Shown: piece after piece, positions 49,382 to 59,685 of the stretch
Layout: the number at the start of each line of letters is the position of its first letter
How positions within the stretch are numbered: the stretch's first letter is position 1
IMG/VR virus record: IMGVR_UViG_3300035670_000024
From: a virus
Strand: one strand, 5' to 3'
DNA length: 64,000 nt
The notes under the pieces: generated by a model
Database searches by the model: none
The model's input: the letters and a program-made list of their open reading frames with translations, nothing else
Told to the model about the DNA's origin: nothing
Program-made: the position numbers and the translations under genes

Positions 49382-52300
49382 TTAAGTTAATCCTGCTCCC
49401 GAAATGATGAACACATCAGCATTATTTACATCAGCAACACAAAGAACGGTACAAACACCATAAGCACCAAGAGTTCTATTTCCTGTTTGAGTTGTACCAG
49501 CATATCTTAAAGTCACATTAGAACCTTGAGTAATTGTTTGTGCAACTGCAGAGTCATTATAAATCACCACATTTTCTCCTACTTGGAATACATTGACGGG
49601 AACTGTTACACCACCAGTAGTAATATCAATATGTTTTCCATTATCTGATGCTTGAAGAACATATGATGTTGTTTGAACATTTTGCGGAATTGTTGCAGGA
49701 CCAAATGTTCCTTGGTTTCCTTGAAGTCCTTGTGTACTTTGAATACCTTGAAGACCTTGAACACCCTGAACACCCTGATCTCCTTGTAATCCTTGAACCC
49801 CTTGATTGCCTTGTAATCCTTGATTTCCCTGAGAACCTATTGTTCCTTGATTTCCCTGTAGTCCTTGAGAACCTTGAGAACCAGAAATACCTTGATTACT
49901 TAAACCTTGAGTTCCTTGTCTACCCTGAAGACCTTGAGATCCTTGATTACTTAAACCTTGAACCCCTTGATTTCCTTGTAATCCTTGAGAACCTTGAGAT
50001 CCTATTGTTCCTTGATTTCCCTGTAGTCCTTGGGAACCTTGAGAACCAGAAATACCTTGATTACTTAAACCTTGAGTTCCTTGTCTTCCCTGCAATCCTT
50101 GAGAACCTTGATTACTTAAACCTTGAACACCTTGATTGCCCTGAAGACCTGTTGGGCCTGTTGGTTCTGGTCCAAACTCAACCCATTGTTGACTATTTCC
50201 ATCATTATAATAACGATATGTAACCCCGGTATTTTCATTAATCCAAATATCCCCAACAACTGAAGATATTCCTGCAGATGATGGTTGGATATAAGTTCTC
50301 GGTGCCCATCTAGTTGCTCCAGATGCTGTAGATACTATTATTGAACCTGCAATTCCTACATTATTGAAACTATCATAAACAGAACCTCTAATTCTAATAT
50401 TTCCATTTACATCCAAACTTTGTGTTGGAATAGAAGTTCCGATTCCTACAGAACCTAATCCACTTACTACAAGAGAAGGTGAAGCAAAAAGTGCTGTAGT
50501 CAGTCCAGAATTTACTGTTGAGAGACCTATGTAATAAGGTTTAGTTTCTACTGAAGAAATATTATAAAAAGTAGAAATACCTGATCCACCTTCACTAGCA
50601 TTTCCTGCGGGGCCTTGAACACCTTGAACACCTTGATTTGATAATCCTTGAGTACCTTGTCTACCTTGAAGACCTTGAGAACCTTGATTACTTAAACCTT
50701 GAACCCCTTGATTGCCTTGAAGACCTTGAGCACCTGAAGTTCCTTGAGAACCTGAAGTTCCTTGAGAACCTGAAGTTCCTTGAGAACCTGAAGTTCCTTG
50801 AGAACCTGAAGTTCCTTGATTACTTAAACCTTGAGTTCCTTGTCTGCCTTGGAGACCTTGAGCACCTTGAGAACCTGAAGTTCCTTGAGAACCTGAAGTT
50901 CCTTGAGAACCTGAAGTTCCTTGAGAACCTGAAGTTCCTTGATTACTTAAACCTTGAGCACCTTGATTTCCCTGCAATCCCTGTGAACCTTGAGCACCTG
51001 AAGTTCCTTGAGATCCAGATGTTCCTTGAGCACCTGAAGTTCCTTGAGATCCAGATGTTCCTTGAGCGCCTGAAGTTCCCTGAGAACCAAATGTTCCTTG
51101 AGAACCTGCTATACCTTGATTACTTAAACCTTGAGTTCCTTGTCTTCCCTGGAGACCTTGAGCACCTTGAGATCCAGAAATACCTTGATTGCTTAAACCT
51201 TGATTACCTTGTAATCCCTGCGAACCTTGAGAACCAGAGATACCTTGATTACTTAATCCTTGAACTCCTTGATTTCCCTGAAGACCCTGAGCACCTTGAT
51301 TTCCTTGTAACCCTTGAGAACCTTGAGATCCTAATGTACCTTGAGCACCTGAAGTTCCTTGAGATCCTATTGTTCCCTGCAAACCTTGAGTTCCTTGATT
51401 ACCTTGTAATCCTTGAAGACCTTGAGTTCCTTGATTACCTTGTAATCCTTGAAGACCTTGAGATCCTGAAGTACCTTGATTACCCTGAACACCTTGATTA
51501 CTTAAACCTTGAGTTCCTTGTCTGCCTTGGAGACCTTGGGAACCTTGATTACTTAAACCCTGAACACCCTGCAATCCTTGAGAACCTTGAGATCCAGAAG
51601 TACCTTGTGAACCTGATATACCTTGAGAACCAGTATCTCCTTTATCTCCTGTTCTAGCGAAAGTGATGATAATATCTTCGTTAGAACTAAATGAAGTTGC
51701 ACTACCGGAAACATATGAACAATCAACTTCAAAATATCCAGTTTGTTCTATAATTCCGGAAATAGTGAAAAGTGCAAAATCAGAAGAATCAAACTTATTT
51801 GAAATTCTAAAATGACCTTTAATAGTTGATGTAGAATCATCAATTGTTCTTAGGAATGATTGGATATCAGTTGTTCCATCGTTTTGATCATCAATATAAA
51901 GTTTATTTGCAAGAGTTATATTAGAATTATTAAACTTAAGATTTCCAGTTCCTGGATCAATATTTGTAGTATCAGTATTAAAAGTATAATCAAAAGTAGC
52001 ACCACCAAAGTTTCCATCTTTACCAGAAAGTCCTTGCAAACCTTGAGAACCAGAAGTACCCTGTGTTCCTTGATTACCTTGGACACCTTGATTGCTTAAA
52101 CCTTGAACACCTTGATTTCCTTGTAGTCCCTGTGATCCCTGAGATCCTGAAGTTCCTTGAGTTCCTTGTAGTCCCTGTGATCCTTGTGTTCCTTGATTAC
52201 CTTGAACACCTTGATTGCTTAGACCTTGGACACCTTGAGAACCTTGAGATCCTGATGTACCCTGTAATCCTTGAGTTCCCTGATTACCTTGTAAACCTTG

Positions 52301-53770
52301 CAATCCTTGAATTCCTTGATTGCCTTGTAATCCTTGAAGACCTTGAGAACCTTGAGCGCCTGAAGTTCCCTGAGAACCAAATGTTCCTTGAGAACCTGCT
52401 ACACCTTGATTACTTAAACCTTGAGTACCTTGATTTCCCTGAAGACCTTGAGCACCTTGGGAACCTGAAGTGCCTTGAGAACCTGAAGTGCCTTGAAATC
52501 CAGATGAACCTTGAGTACCTTGATTTCCCTGAGCACCTTGATTACTTAAACCTTGAACACCTTGATTTCCTTGAAATCCTGATGAACCTTGAGCGCCAGA
52601 AACACCTTGATTACTTAAACCCTGAATACCTTGACCCCCTTGAGCACCTTCTGGGCCTACAGAAGCATAAACTTCCCAAGTAGTTCCATCATAAATTAAA
52701 TCAACTTTTACTCCAGGAATATCAAGAATTAAATCCTCATCAAATCCTTCAATTGTTGAACCGTTTCTTGCAACTGTTAAGTTATTTGTTTCCCAGTTAT
52801 TACCATCTGCAATAGTTATAAAATTTCCATTTAAAGGAGTTGCTGGAAGTGTAATAGTAAAAGAACCACCAGAAGTATCGGCAATAATTTGTTCGCCATT
52901 TATTGCTGTATAATTTTCAGTTTTTCTAGTCCATAATCCACCAAAAGCACCTGATAAACCTTGAACACCTTGAATAGATTCTCCTTGCAATCCCTGCAAA
53001 CCTTGAAGTCCTTGAGAACCTGTTCCTTGTGATCCTTGAGTTCCTTGAGTTCCTTGAGCACCTTGGCCTCCTTGTGATTCTAATAATTCCCAAGATGCAC
53101 CATTCCAACCATAAAAACTACCAGACTCATACTTAATTTTATCTTCCGTTAGGGTTCCGGTAATATAACCAGAACCATTATTTTCATCAACACGAAATAC
53201 AATTCCTAAAAATTGAATAAAAGTTCCACTAGCAGTGGGTGGAACATTGGTATATCCACCAGCAATACCAAGATATACTTTATCTCCTACATTAAACTGA
53301 GAAGTATCTACACCCTTAATCTCACCCAAGACCAACATTCGGCCTTCTGCTTCGTCTGCTATGGTTTCATCCATAACACCGATAGCAATCTTATTTGTAT
53401 CATCTGCACGAGCAGGTGCTACAGTTATAGTATTTCCAGAAATTCCAACCTGATAAACAGGAGTTCCTTTAGGGATAGTTGAACCTGAAACATTCTTTGC
53501 AGTTTCATAGATGGTTTTTGCATTAACTCTATCAGTCCAATCTACTCCAGTACCAGTAGATATAAGAATTTCATCAGGACTTCCTGGGTTATTATTACTA
53601 TCATATAAAATACCACGAACTCTTATATCTCCAGCAATATCTAAATCTGCAGTTGCATTTGTAGTTCCTATGCCAACTTTACCAGTAACCTCAAGTACTG
53701 TTTTATTTTCGGTATAAGAACTAATACCGACTTTAAGATTTTTTTGACGATTACTGAGATACTTTGCCAT
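49382..53770 (-). CDS. Collagen-like fibre protein 2 (globular domains separated by GXQ segments)
   Basis: 1462 aa; three long GXQ tracts, VGIGT..P..LD..G fibre repeats, C-terminal beta domain. Confidence 0.85.
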   Translation of the reverse strand: MAKYLSNRQKNLKVGISSYTENKTVLEVTGKVGIGTTNATADLDIAGDIRVRGILYDSNNNPGSPDEILISTGTGVDWTDRVNAKTIYETAKNVSGSTIPKGTPVYQVGISGNTITVAPARADDTNKIAIGVMDETIADEAEGRMLVLGEIKGVDTSQFNVGDKVYLGIAGGYTNVPPTASGTFIQFLGIVFRVDENNGSGYITGTLTEDKIKYESGSFYGWNGASWELLESQGGQGAQGTQGTQGSQGTGSQGLQGLQGLQGESIQGVQGLSGAFGGLWTRKTENYTAINGEQIIADTSGGSFTITLPATPLNGNFITIADGNNWETNNLTVARNGSTIEGFDEDLILDIPGVKVDLIYDGTTWEVYASVGPEGAQGGQGIQGLSNQGVSGAQGSSGFQGNQGVQGLSNQGAQGNQGTQGSSGFQGTSGSQGTSGSQGAQGLQGNQGTQGLSNQGVAGSQGTFGSQGTSGAQGSQGLQGLQGNQGIQGLQGLQGNQGTQGLQGTSGSQGSQGVQGLSNQGVQGNQGTQGSQGLQGTQGTSGSQGSQGLQGNQGVQGLSNQGVQGNQGTQGTSGSQGLQGLSGKDGNFGGATFDYTFNTDTTNIDPGTGNLKFNNSNITLANKLYIDDQNDGTTDIQSFLRTIDDSTSTIKGHFRISNKFDSSDFALFTISGIIEQTGYFEVDCSYVSGSATSFSSNEDIIITFARTGDKGDTGSQGISGSQGTSGSQGSQGLQGVQGLSNQGSQGLQGRQGTQGLSNQGVQGNQGTSGSQGLQGLQGNQGTQGLQGLQGNQGTQGLQGTIGSQGTSGAQGTLGSQGSQGLQGNQGAQGLQGNQGVQGLSNQGISGSQGSQGLQGNQGLSNQGISGSQGAQGLQGRQGTQGLSNQGIAGSQGTFGSQGTSGAQGTSGSQGTSGAQGTSGSQGTSGAQGSQGLQGNQGAQGLSNQGTSGSQGTSGSQGTSGSQGTSGSQGAQGLQGRQGTQGLSNQGTSGSQGTSGSQGTSGSQGTSGSQGTSGAQGLQGNQGVQGLSNQGSQGLQGRQGTQGLSNQGVQGVQGPAGNASEGGSGISTFYNISSVETKPYYIGLSTVNSGLTTALFASPSLVVSGLGSVGIGTSIPTQSLDVNGNIRIRGSVYDSFNNVGIAGSIIVSTASGATRWAPRTYIQPSSAGISSVVGDIWINENTGVTYRYYNDGNSQQWVEFGPEPTGPTGLQGNQGVQGLSNQGSQGLQGRQGTQGLSNQGISGSQGSQGLQGNQGTIGSQGSQGLQGNQGVQGLSNQGSQGLQGRQGTQGLSNQGISGSQGSQGLQGNQGTIGSQGNQGLQGNQGVQGLQGDQGVQGVQGLQGIQSTQGLQGNQGTFGPATIPQNVQTTSYVLQASDNGKHIDITTGGVTVPVNVFQVGENVVIYNDSAVAQTITQGSNVTLRYAGTTQTGNRTLGAYGVCTVLCVADVNNADVFIISGAGLT

Positions 53771-53779
53771 TTGAAGATA

Positions 53780-54109
53780 TTAATTGAGGGTTTCTAAGAT
53801 GCTTGCGACAAATTTTAAATTGCTGGCATTACTACCTGATAATACTAATTTATCTCCACTTTCAAGAACCAATTTTCCAGAAAGAAGATTCGCAGTATCA
53901 TTTGCTGAAATTGGAAATTCTTTTAACATTTCAGTATCAGTTGATGATCTGCGATGAGTTAGAGAAACATCTTCATTTGTTGATCCGATGTTTGCAACTT
54001 GCGCTAAAAGAACAACACCTGTATATCCAACAGGAGCAGTATAAATTGAAGTTGCACTTGTGCCTACAACTGAAGTAACTGTTTTAAAAACATTAAGTGC
54101 TAATGCCAT
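53780..54109 (-). CDS. Small virion beta-sandwich protein (paralogue of 63189-63548)
   Basis: ALN.F.T..IYTAP.G..VVL.AQV.N..I..ND..GKLVLE.GD..S.LET. Confidence 0.75.
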   Translation of the reverse strand: MALALNVFKTVTSVVGTSATSIYTAPVGYTGVVLLAQVANIGSTNEDVSLTHRRSSTDTEMLKEFPISANDTANLLSGKLVLESGDKLVLSGSNASNLKFVASILETLN

Positions 54110-54113
54110 TGTA

Positions 54114-57002
54114 TTAATCTCCTCCTAATGCGAGTATGAATGGTGTCACTGTTGAGAATAAACTCTTAGAATAAAATGTTCCTGAAATAGTTCCAGTTTG
54201 CTGATTAATAACTACTCCATCGCCAATTCTGAAATTTCCAGATTGATCAGTAGAAGTGAAAACGACCAGTCCTCCATTAAGAGCACTAGTTTCATTTTCT
54301 TGAATAGGAACACCTCCTACAGAAGGAAGGGCCGTATTAATGTTTGTTCCAGAACCAATATATTCAAGAGAATGTCCTGATGCTAATATTCTACTTTGCT
54401 TAAAGAATGGAACAGCAGTTCCTACTCCAACAGCATAAGGAACATTATCACTTAAAGTTATTGTGCAAATTCCTGCAGATACTGGAGTTGATTTTTCAAT
54501 TATATAATAAGTAGGAAATATATTTGCAGTACCAGTTGCAGTATTAATACCCACATTCGGAGAATCAAAAGTTACTTTTGGAGTGGTAGTATATCCTCTT
54601 CCATTAGAGATCATTTCAACTGAAACTATAGACCCATCTCTTACTTCTGCTACAGCAGTTGCAGGAATACCCCAAGAAGTTTCTGGATCTTCAATAGTAA
54701 GTTCTACAGTTCCAGTGTAACCACTTCCACCTGAAGTAATACTAATACCATTTATACTATAAAAAAGTCTATCAAAATAAACCACTTGACCATCAAAAGG
54801 ACGAACTACATTAATTTTTACAGTTCCTCCAGAATTATAAGTATGCGGTAAAGTAGATGTTCCAACATAAACACTAAATGTAGTACTAGCAGCAGAAACA
54901 GCAGGAAGAGCATTTGCACCGCTAATGTTACCAGCATTCAATCTTGAAGTAACAATTCCTACAAGATTATCAATAAATGATTGAACATCTGCACAAGAAG
55001 ATGGATCTGTATTAGAATTAGTTAATGGATCTGCGGCAATTGTTAAATCTTTATTATTCAAATTATTTGTAATGGCAAGTTTCATCAATTCTCTTGCCGT
55101 AGTAAATCCAACAATTGTTTGAGGAATTTCACTTGAAATTCCAACAATTAATGACGATCCATCATAACTGAAATAAGATCTAGTAGTTTCAATGATATTC
55201 TTAGAAGTAAAATCTCTTACATCTGTAGAAACAGCATCAACAATATAACCAATATCTCTTAAACATTTTGATCCTCCTTCAGTCAAAGTTCCATAATTAT
55301 CCTCACTTGAAATAGAACTTAACGAACCTTGAGAAATAACTGATGTTACAATTCCAACTAAGTTATCAATATTACTTTGAACATCTGCACAAGAATTTGG
55401 ATCAGTATTACTACCAGTCAATGGATCTGCAGTAATTGTTAAATCAGTGTATACTGCACCAGAAAGAGTATTTGTAATCGCATCTTTCATCAATTCTTTT
55501 GCTTCCGAGAAAGCATAAATTGATTCTGTTTCTTCACCAACTAATCCATTCGTAATTGGTACTCCAGCACCATCAAAATATTGCCTTACGAATTGTCTTG
55601 AATATCTATTGCCTCCAGTAAATACATCTGTGGCGATTGCATCTACAAAATATCCAAGGTCTCTTTTACACTTGTTTATTGTAGTGGATATGCCAGGATA
55701 AGCATTACTAGTATTAGTCCATGCAGTATCAACAATAACACTCTTGTTTTTTATAATCAAACGATATGCATCATAATATCTTGATCTGGTATTTGTTTGA
55801 CTATCACCTCTAAAATAAAAATCTGGATATTCTACTGCAATGGCTGCCAATGATTTATCTTGTATTTCTCTTCTATTTGCCTGAATTAAATTATAAGAAT
55901 CTACATACCTACCTGGAGCAACCGTAACAGTTTGAAAAACATATCCTTTATTTCCTGAAGGATAAGTTACAATTCCTGGGCCAGAAGGACAAGTAAATGC
56001 CAATCCTACAATTGACACACCCATTCCAACTGAGAAATTATGAGCAGAGTCTGTAGTTGCAGTTAAAATACCAGTAGCATTATCATAAGTTGCTGATGTT
56101 ATGTTTAAAGTTGGAGTGTTTAAATCTATGGCAAACTCAAATGCATTTGCATCTTCTGCTTGTGCAACAGAACCTGTATATTTTAAAGGGCCTACTCCGT
56201 CAGAAACTAAAGCAAAATTGCCAAAAGAAGAGTTAGAATTAGTTAGATCACAAGCAGCTCCAGTTCCACAAAAAACTGCAATATCATTACAAATTGTAAA
56301 CATGGATACCAATTGAGCATAACCTTCATTGGTAATTGAACAACCAATCCCACCTTGATTATATTGAGTATATGAATCAAGAACCATAGATTTAAGAGGC
56401 CCTATTGCTTTAGAACCATCAATTTTTAATCCAATTGAATTTGGAATAAAGTTAGTGCAGTTCTGTATATAAGGTGATTGATTAAAATATCCAATTTGAT
56501 TTGGATTAAAAGCAAAAATTGCCTTACCTGGATTTAAAGTTCCAGTATAAGACATTTCTGCCACATAATTTCCATTTGAAACATAAAATAAATCTTCATT
56601 TGCATTTTGTGGAGAAACTGATACTTCTCTTAAACTTTCTCCAACAATAGATACCTGTTCGGGAATAACAAGAGGGTTATTTTCTACATAAGATCCAGCA
56701 CTAACTTTAATAATTGTTCCTGTTCTTGCTTCTGTAAGTGCTGCTCCGATTGTTCTTTTTGCGTCTCCGAGTTTTTTTCCTGTGTTTGTGTCAGTTCCAT
56801 CTTGAGTTACATAGAGAATATTAGTAACAGTTATACCTGCACCAATGGAAACAATATCAGTTCCTATTCCCGCTCTTTCTCTTGCAATAAAAAGCTCGCC
56901 ATCATTTGTATTTAAAGCTAACTCCCCCAAAGGCAACTGATCTACCGTGGGTTTTTTTCCAGGAACTGATGACCGCTTTATGCGGATAATAGGTGCCGCC
57001 AT
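54114..57002 (-). CDS. Large virion structural protein with phycobiliprotein-like helical inserts
   Basis: N-terminal IKRSSVPGKKP..L..GELALN..DG.LF fibre motif; beta-helix-like region; KCKRDLGY and KCLRDIGY segments; C-terminal TSTDQ.GNFRIG domain. Confidence 0.75.
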   Translation of the reverse strand: MAAPIIRIKRSSVPGKKPTVDQLPLGELALNTNDGELFIARERAGIGTDIVSIGAGITVTNILYVTQDGTDTNTGKKLGDAKRTIGAALTEARTGTIIKVSAGSYVENNPLVIPEQVSIVGESLREVSVSPQNANEDLFYVSNGNYVAEMSYTGTLNPGKAIFAFNPNQIGYFNQSPYIQNCTNFIPNSIGLKIDGSKAIGPLKSMVLDSYTQYNQGGIGCSITNEGYAQLVSMFTICNDIAVFCGTGAACDLTNSNSSFGNFALVSDGVGPLKYTGSVAQAEDANAFEFAIDLNTPTLNITSATYDNATGILTATTDSAHNFSVGMGVSIVGLAFTCPSGPGIVTYPSGNKGYVFQTVTVAPGRYVDSYNLIQANRREIQDKSLAAIAVEYPDFYFRGDSQTNTRSRYYDAYRLIIKNKSVIVDTAWTNTSNAYPGISTTINKCKRDLGYFVDAIATDVFTGGNRYSRQFVRQYFDGAGVPITNGLVGEETESIYAFSEAKELMKDAITNTLSGAVYTDLTITADPLTGSNTDPNSCADVQSNIDNLVGIVTSVISQGSLSSISSEDNYGTLTEGGSKCLRDIGYIVDAVSTDVRDFTSKNIIETTRSYFSYDGSSLIVGISSEIPQTIVGFTTARELMKLAITNNLNNKDLTIAADPLTNSNTDPSSCADVQSFIDNLVGIVTSRLNAGNISGANALPAVSAASTTFSVYVGTSTLPHTYNSGGTVKINVVRPFDGQVVYFDRLFYSINGISITSGGSGYTGTVELTIEDPETSWGIPATAVAEVRDGSIVSVEMISNGRGYTTTPKVTFDSPNVGINTATGTANIFPTYYIIEKSTPVSAGICTITLSDNVPYAVGVGTAVPFFKQSRILASGHSLEYIGSGTNINTALPSVGGVPIQENETSALNGGLVVFTSTDQSGNFRIGDGVVINQQTGTISGTFYSKSLFSTVTPFILALGGD

Positions 57003-57026
57003 ATTATCTTATTGGTATTTACCTTC

Positions 57027-57051
57027 AAAAAACTCTTATGTAAGAGTTTTT
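57027..57051. terminator. A/T-flanked hairpin (possible bidirectional terminator)
   Basis: aaaaactctta-tg-taagagttttt perfect inverted repeat. Confidence 0.5.
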
Positions 57052-57056
57052 ATTAT

Positions 57057-57299
57057 TTATGAAAAATCTTCTTCTATCTTTGATACCTTTTTAGACTTCT
57101 TCATTTTTTCAATTTCTTCATTTAAATCATTAATTTTTCTATTTAATGCTTCAATTAGTTGATTTGAATTCATTAATCTTGCTTCAAGTGCAATTGTTTG
57201 TGCGGTTAAATCACTTACCTTTTGTTGGTATACTGAGAGAAGATTTTTAATTTCTTGTTCGTTCATTTCAATTAAAATTTCTATCCTATTTAGAGACAT
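57057..57299 (-). CDS. Small coiled-coil protein
   Basis: Heptad-rich; start may be MNEQEIK. Confidence 0.7.
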   Translation of the reverse strand: MSLNRIEILIEMNEQEIKNLLSVYQQKVSDLTAQTIALEARLMNSNQLIEALNRKINDLNEEIEKMKKSKKVSKIEEDFS

Positions 57300-57325
57300 A
57301 AAAAAGAGGAGGATTTCTCCTCCTC
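57300..57325 (-). terminator. Intrinsic terminator after 57350-59281
   Basis: GAGGAGGA-gaaa-TCCTCCTC followed by a T-tract on the minus strand. Confidence 0.85.
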
Positions 57326-57349
57326 GTATAAAGACTTAAATATTAATTA

Positions 57350-59281
57350 TTAAAAAGTACCACCATCAATTATAGCATTAGTAATAGTAACTTCACTATT
57401 TACACAACCAATGACTTCTACTGGATTTGCACCACAACCAGCAACATAAAGTCCACCAATTTCAAGAGAACCATTAGTAACAGCAGTAAGAATACTACTT
57501 GCTTCAGTTACTTCACTAGCAACCTTGATTCTTCCAACACTATCATCCCAATATACTGCTGCTTTTTTAGCAGAAGTATCAAAGTAGTGGAATATTAAAC
57601 CAGCATCAATGTTAGCATCGCTTGATGGAGGAACAAGATTACCACTGTTATCTACAAGACCTACTTCAATTAGAGAATCCTTGACAAGAAGGGTCTCTGT
57701 ATTTACAGTAGTTGTAGCACCATTTACAAAAAGATCACCTTGAACAGTAAGATTATTGGAAACAGTAAGATTGGTTGAAACACCTACATTGCTACTTGAA
57801 TCAATAGTTATTGCATTAGATCCAGGAGATATTCCATCATAGTGAGCAATGGCGTCAACATATAAAGTACCAGTAACATATGAAGATCCATCTACATATG
57901 AATCATTGATAACAGTAAGATCATTTGCAAGAGTAACATCTCCAGTTGTATCAGTAAGAGTTATTGCAGAAGCTCCATCAGAAGCATAAATCTCATTTCC
58001 ACCAACTGTTAATGTTCCAGCAACTGTCACATCAGTTGCAAGTCCAACAGTAACTGTTTGTCCTGATACTGAAGTTCTTATTTCATTTGCAGTACCTGCA
58101 ATAGTAAGACTTTGGGTATCAAGATCAATTGTTCCTGTTCCACTATCACCAGCAATACCTAGATCATCATCTTGATCTATAGCATTGATTTGTGTTGCAA
58201 CATAATCAATAACTGCAGATGAAGTTGGAACTGAAGAAGTTGAAGTTCCTGTAGAAACTGATGCAGAAAATTGAGTAATACCTACTCCAGTTCCCACTGT
58301 AAGAGAAGTGCCATCAAAAGTTAGATTTGCACTATCTTCAAGTTCTCCACCAGTACCAGCAAGAACTACTCTGCCAGAAGTTAAATCACTAACAGTAGCA
58401 CTTGCGAAAGTTGCAGCAACAGAAACATTAACAGTATCTAATTCTGCAAGTCCAGTAACATCTAAACCACCATCAGCATTAAGAAGACCGCCAATGGTGC
58501 CGATACCTGTTACATTAAGGGTATCAAAATCGTTAGGATCTAATGAAAGAAGATCTTCAAGAGTTGCTATTGTAGTAGCATCAACGGTTTGAATACCTGC
58601 AAGAGTAATTAAACCGCCATTGTCATAAAGAACTTGAGTTGTTCCAATATAAAGTTCGCCTACGGTAGAAATACCAGAGGTTGTTGAATTATCGTAAGCA
58701 AGTTCTGTGAAAGTACCTGCAGCAGCTGAAGAAGCACCAATTACAGTGCCATCAATATTACCACCGTTAATGTCGGCAGTAGCAATAGTGCCTACACCAG
58801 AAACATTGATATCATCAAATTCTGCATTTCCAGTAACATCAATACCTCCATCGGCCTCAATAAGACCACTGAAGGTTGAAATGCCTGTAAAAGTGGAGTT
58901 ACTGATTGTAACACTATCAAAAGATGCTCCACTGGTAACTGATGCCCACTCAAGAACACCAGCTGAACCTAATTTGAGGAAGTGTCCTGTAGTACCTCCA
59001 CCCTGAGGAAGAGTATAAGTTACAGGAGTGGATACTGTTGCTGGAGCGCGAAGTGAAACTCCGCTAGTACCATCCTTATCTACAAGCTTAAATTGTGCTG
59101 CATCAGTTCCATTTTCACGAGTCCAATAACGAGCAGAACCGAAGAATTGGTTTGTTTCTGTGGATGATGAAAGACCTACATAAAGGTCGTACTTGTCTGT
59201 TGTAAAACCTGGCTCTCCAGCACGAAGACCAGGAAGATTTACAAACAGACCTCTCTTAAACTGAAGTGTTGGAGATGCCAT
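57350..59281 (-). CDS. Tail fibre-like structural protein
   Basis: LQFKRG..LP.L..GEPGFTTD N-terminus; Thr/Gly beta repeats; GDL.VNG.TT.VNT..D..IE; IDGGTF C-terminus. Confidence 0.75.
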   Translation of the reverse strand: MASPTLQFKRGLFVNLPGLRAGEPGFTTDKYDLYVGLSSSTETNQFFGSARYWTRENGTDAAQFKLVDKDGTSGVSLRAPATVSTPVTYTLPQGGGTTGHFLKLGSAGVLEWASVTSGASFDSVTISNSTFTGISTFSGLIEADGGIDVTGNAEFDDINVSGVGTIATADINGGNIDGTVIGASSAAAGTFTELAYDNSTTSGISTVGELYIGTTQVLYDNGGLITLAGIQTVDATTIATLEDLLSLDPNDFDTLNVTGIGTIGGLLNADGGLDVTGLAELDTVNVSVAATFASATVSDLTSGRVVLAGTGGELEDSANLTFDGTSLTVGTGVGITQFSASVSTGTSTSSVPTSSAVIDYVATQINAIDQDDDLGIAGDSGTGTIDLDTQSLTIAGTANEIRTSVSGQTVTVGLATDVTVAGTLTVGGNEIYASDGASAITLTDTTGDVTLANDLTVINDSYVDGSSYVTGTLYVDAIAHYDGISPGSNAITIDSSSNVGVSTNLTVSNNLTVQGDLFVNGATTTVNTETLLVKDSLIEVGLVDNSGNLVPPSSDANIDAGLIFHYFDTSAKKAAVYWDDSVGRIKVASEVTEASSILTAVTNGSLEIGGLYVAGCGANPVEVIGCVNSEVTITNAIIDGGTF

Positions 59282-59379
59282 ATTTTCCTTTGATTGATAA
59301 TTTGACTAGCTAGTACAAAAATTCACATCAAATTATTAATATGAGCAAATTAAAAAACATCATTACTAATATTTATTTC

Positions 59380-59685
59380 TTAAAATTCTCCAGCATCAAC
59401 ATCAATTTTATTATCTAAATCAATATCTAGTTGATTAGTAAAATTAGCAGGCAATCCTGGTTGAATCGGTTCACTTGTAGCTGCAGAAAGAACTTCATCT
59501 GGATTTACTAATTTATATAATCCAGTTGAGGAATCATACATAACAACATACTTATCCTTCTTATCAGTTTCTGTAATGCCAACATCAATAAGATCTTGCA
59601 GTTTTGCAGGCACTTGAAGACCTCCTATAGTTGATACTACTTTAAAGGAATTTTGAGAACTTAATCTTACATTAAAATCGGTCAT
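59380..59685 (-). CDS. Small structural hypothetical protein
   Basis: L.DL.DV..DKYV.MYD; DAGEF C-terminus. Confidence 0.7.
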   Translation of the reverse strand: MTDFNVRLSSQNSFKVVSTIGGLQVPAKLQDLIDVGITETDKKDKYVVMYDSSTGLYKLVNPDEVLSAATSEPIQPGLPANFTNQLDIDLDNKIDVDAGEF

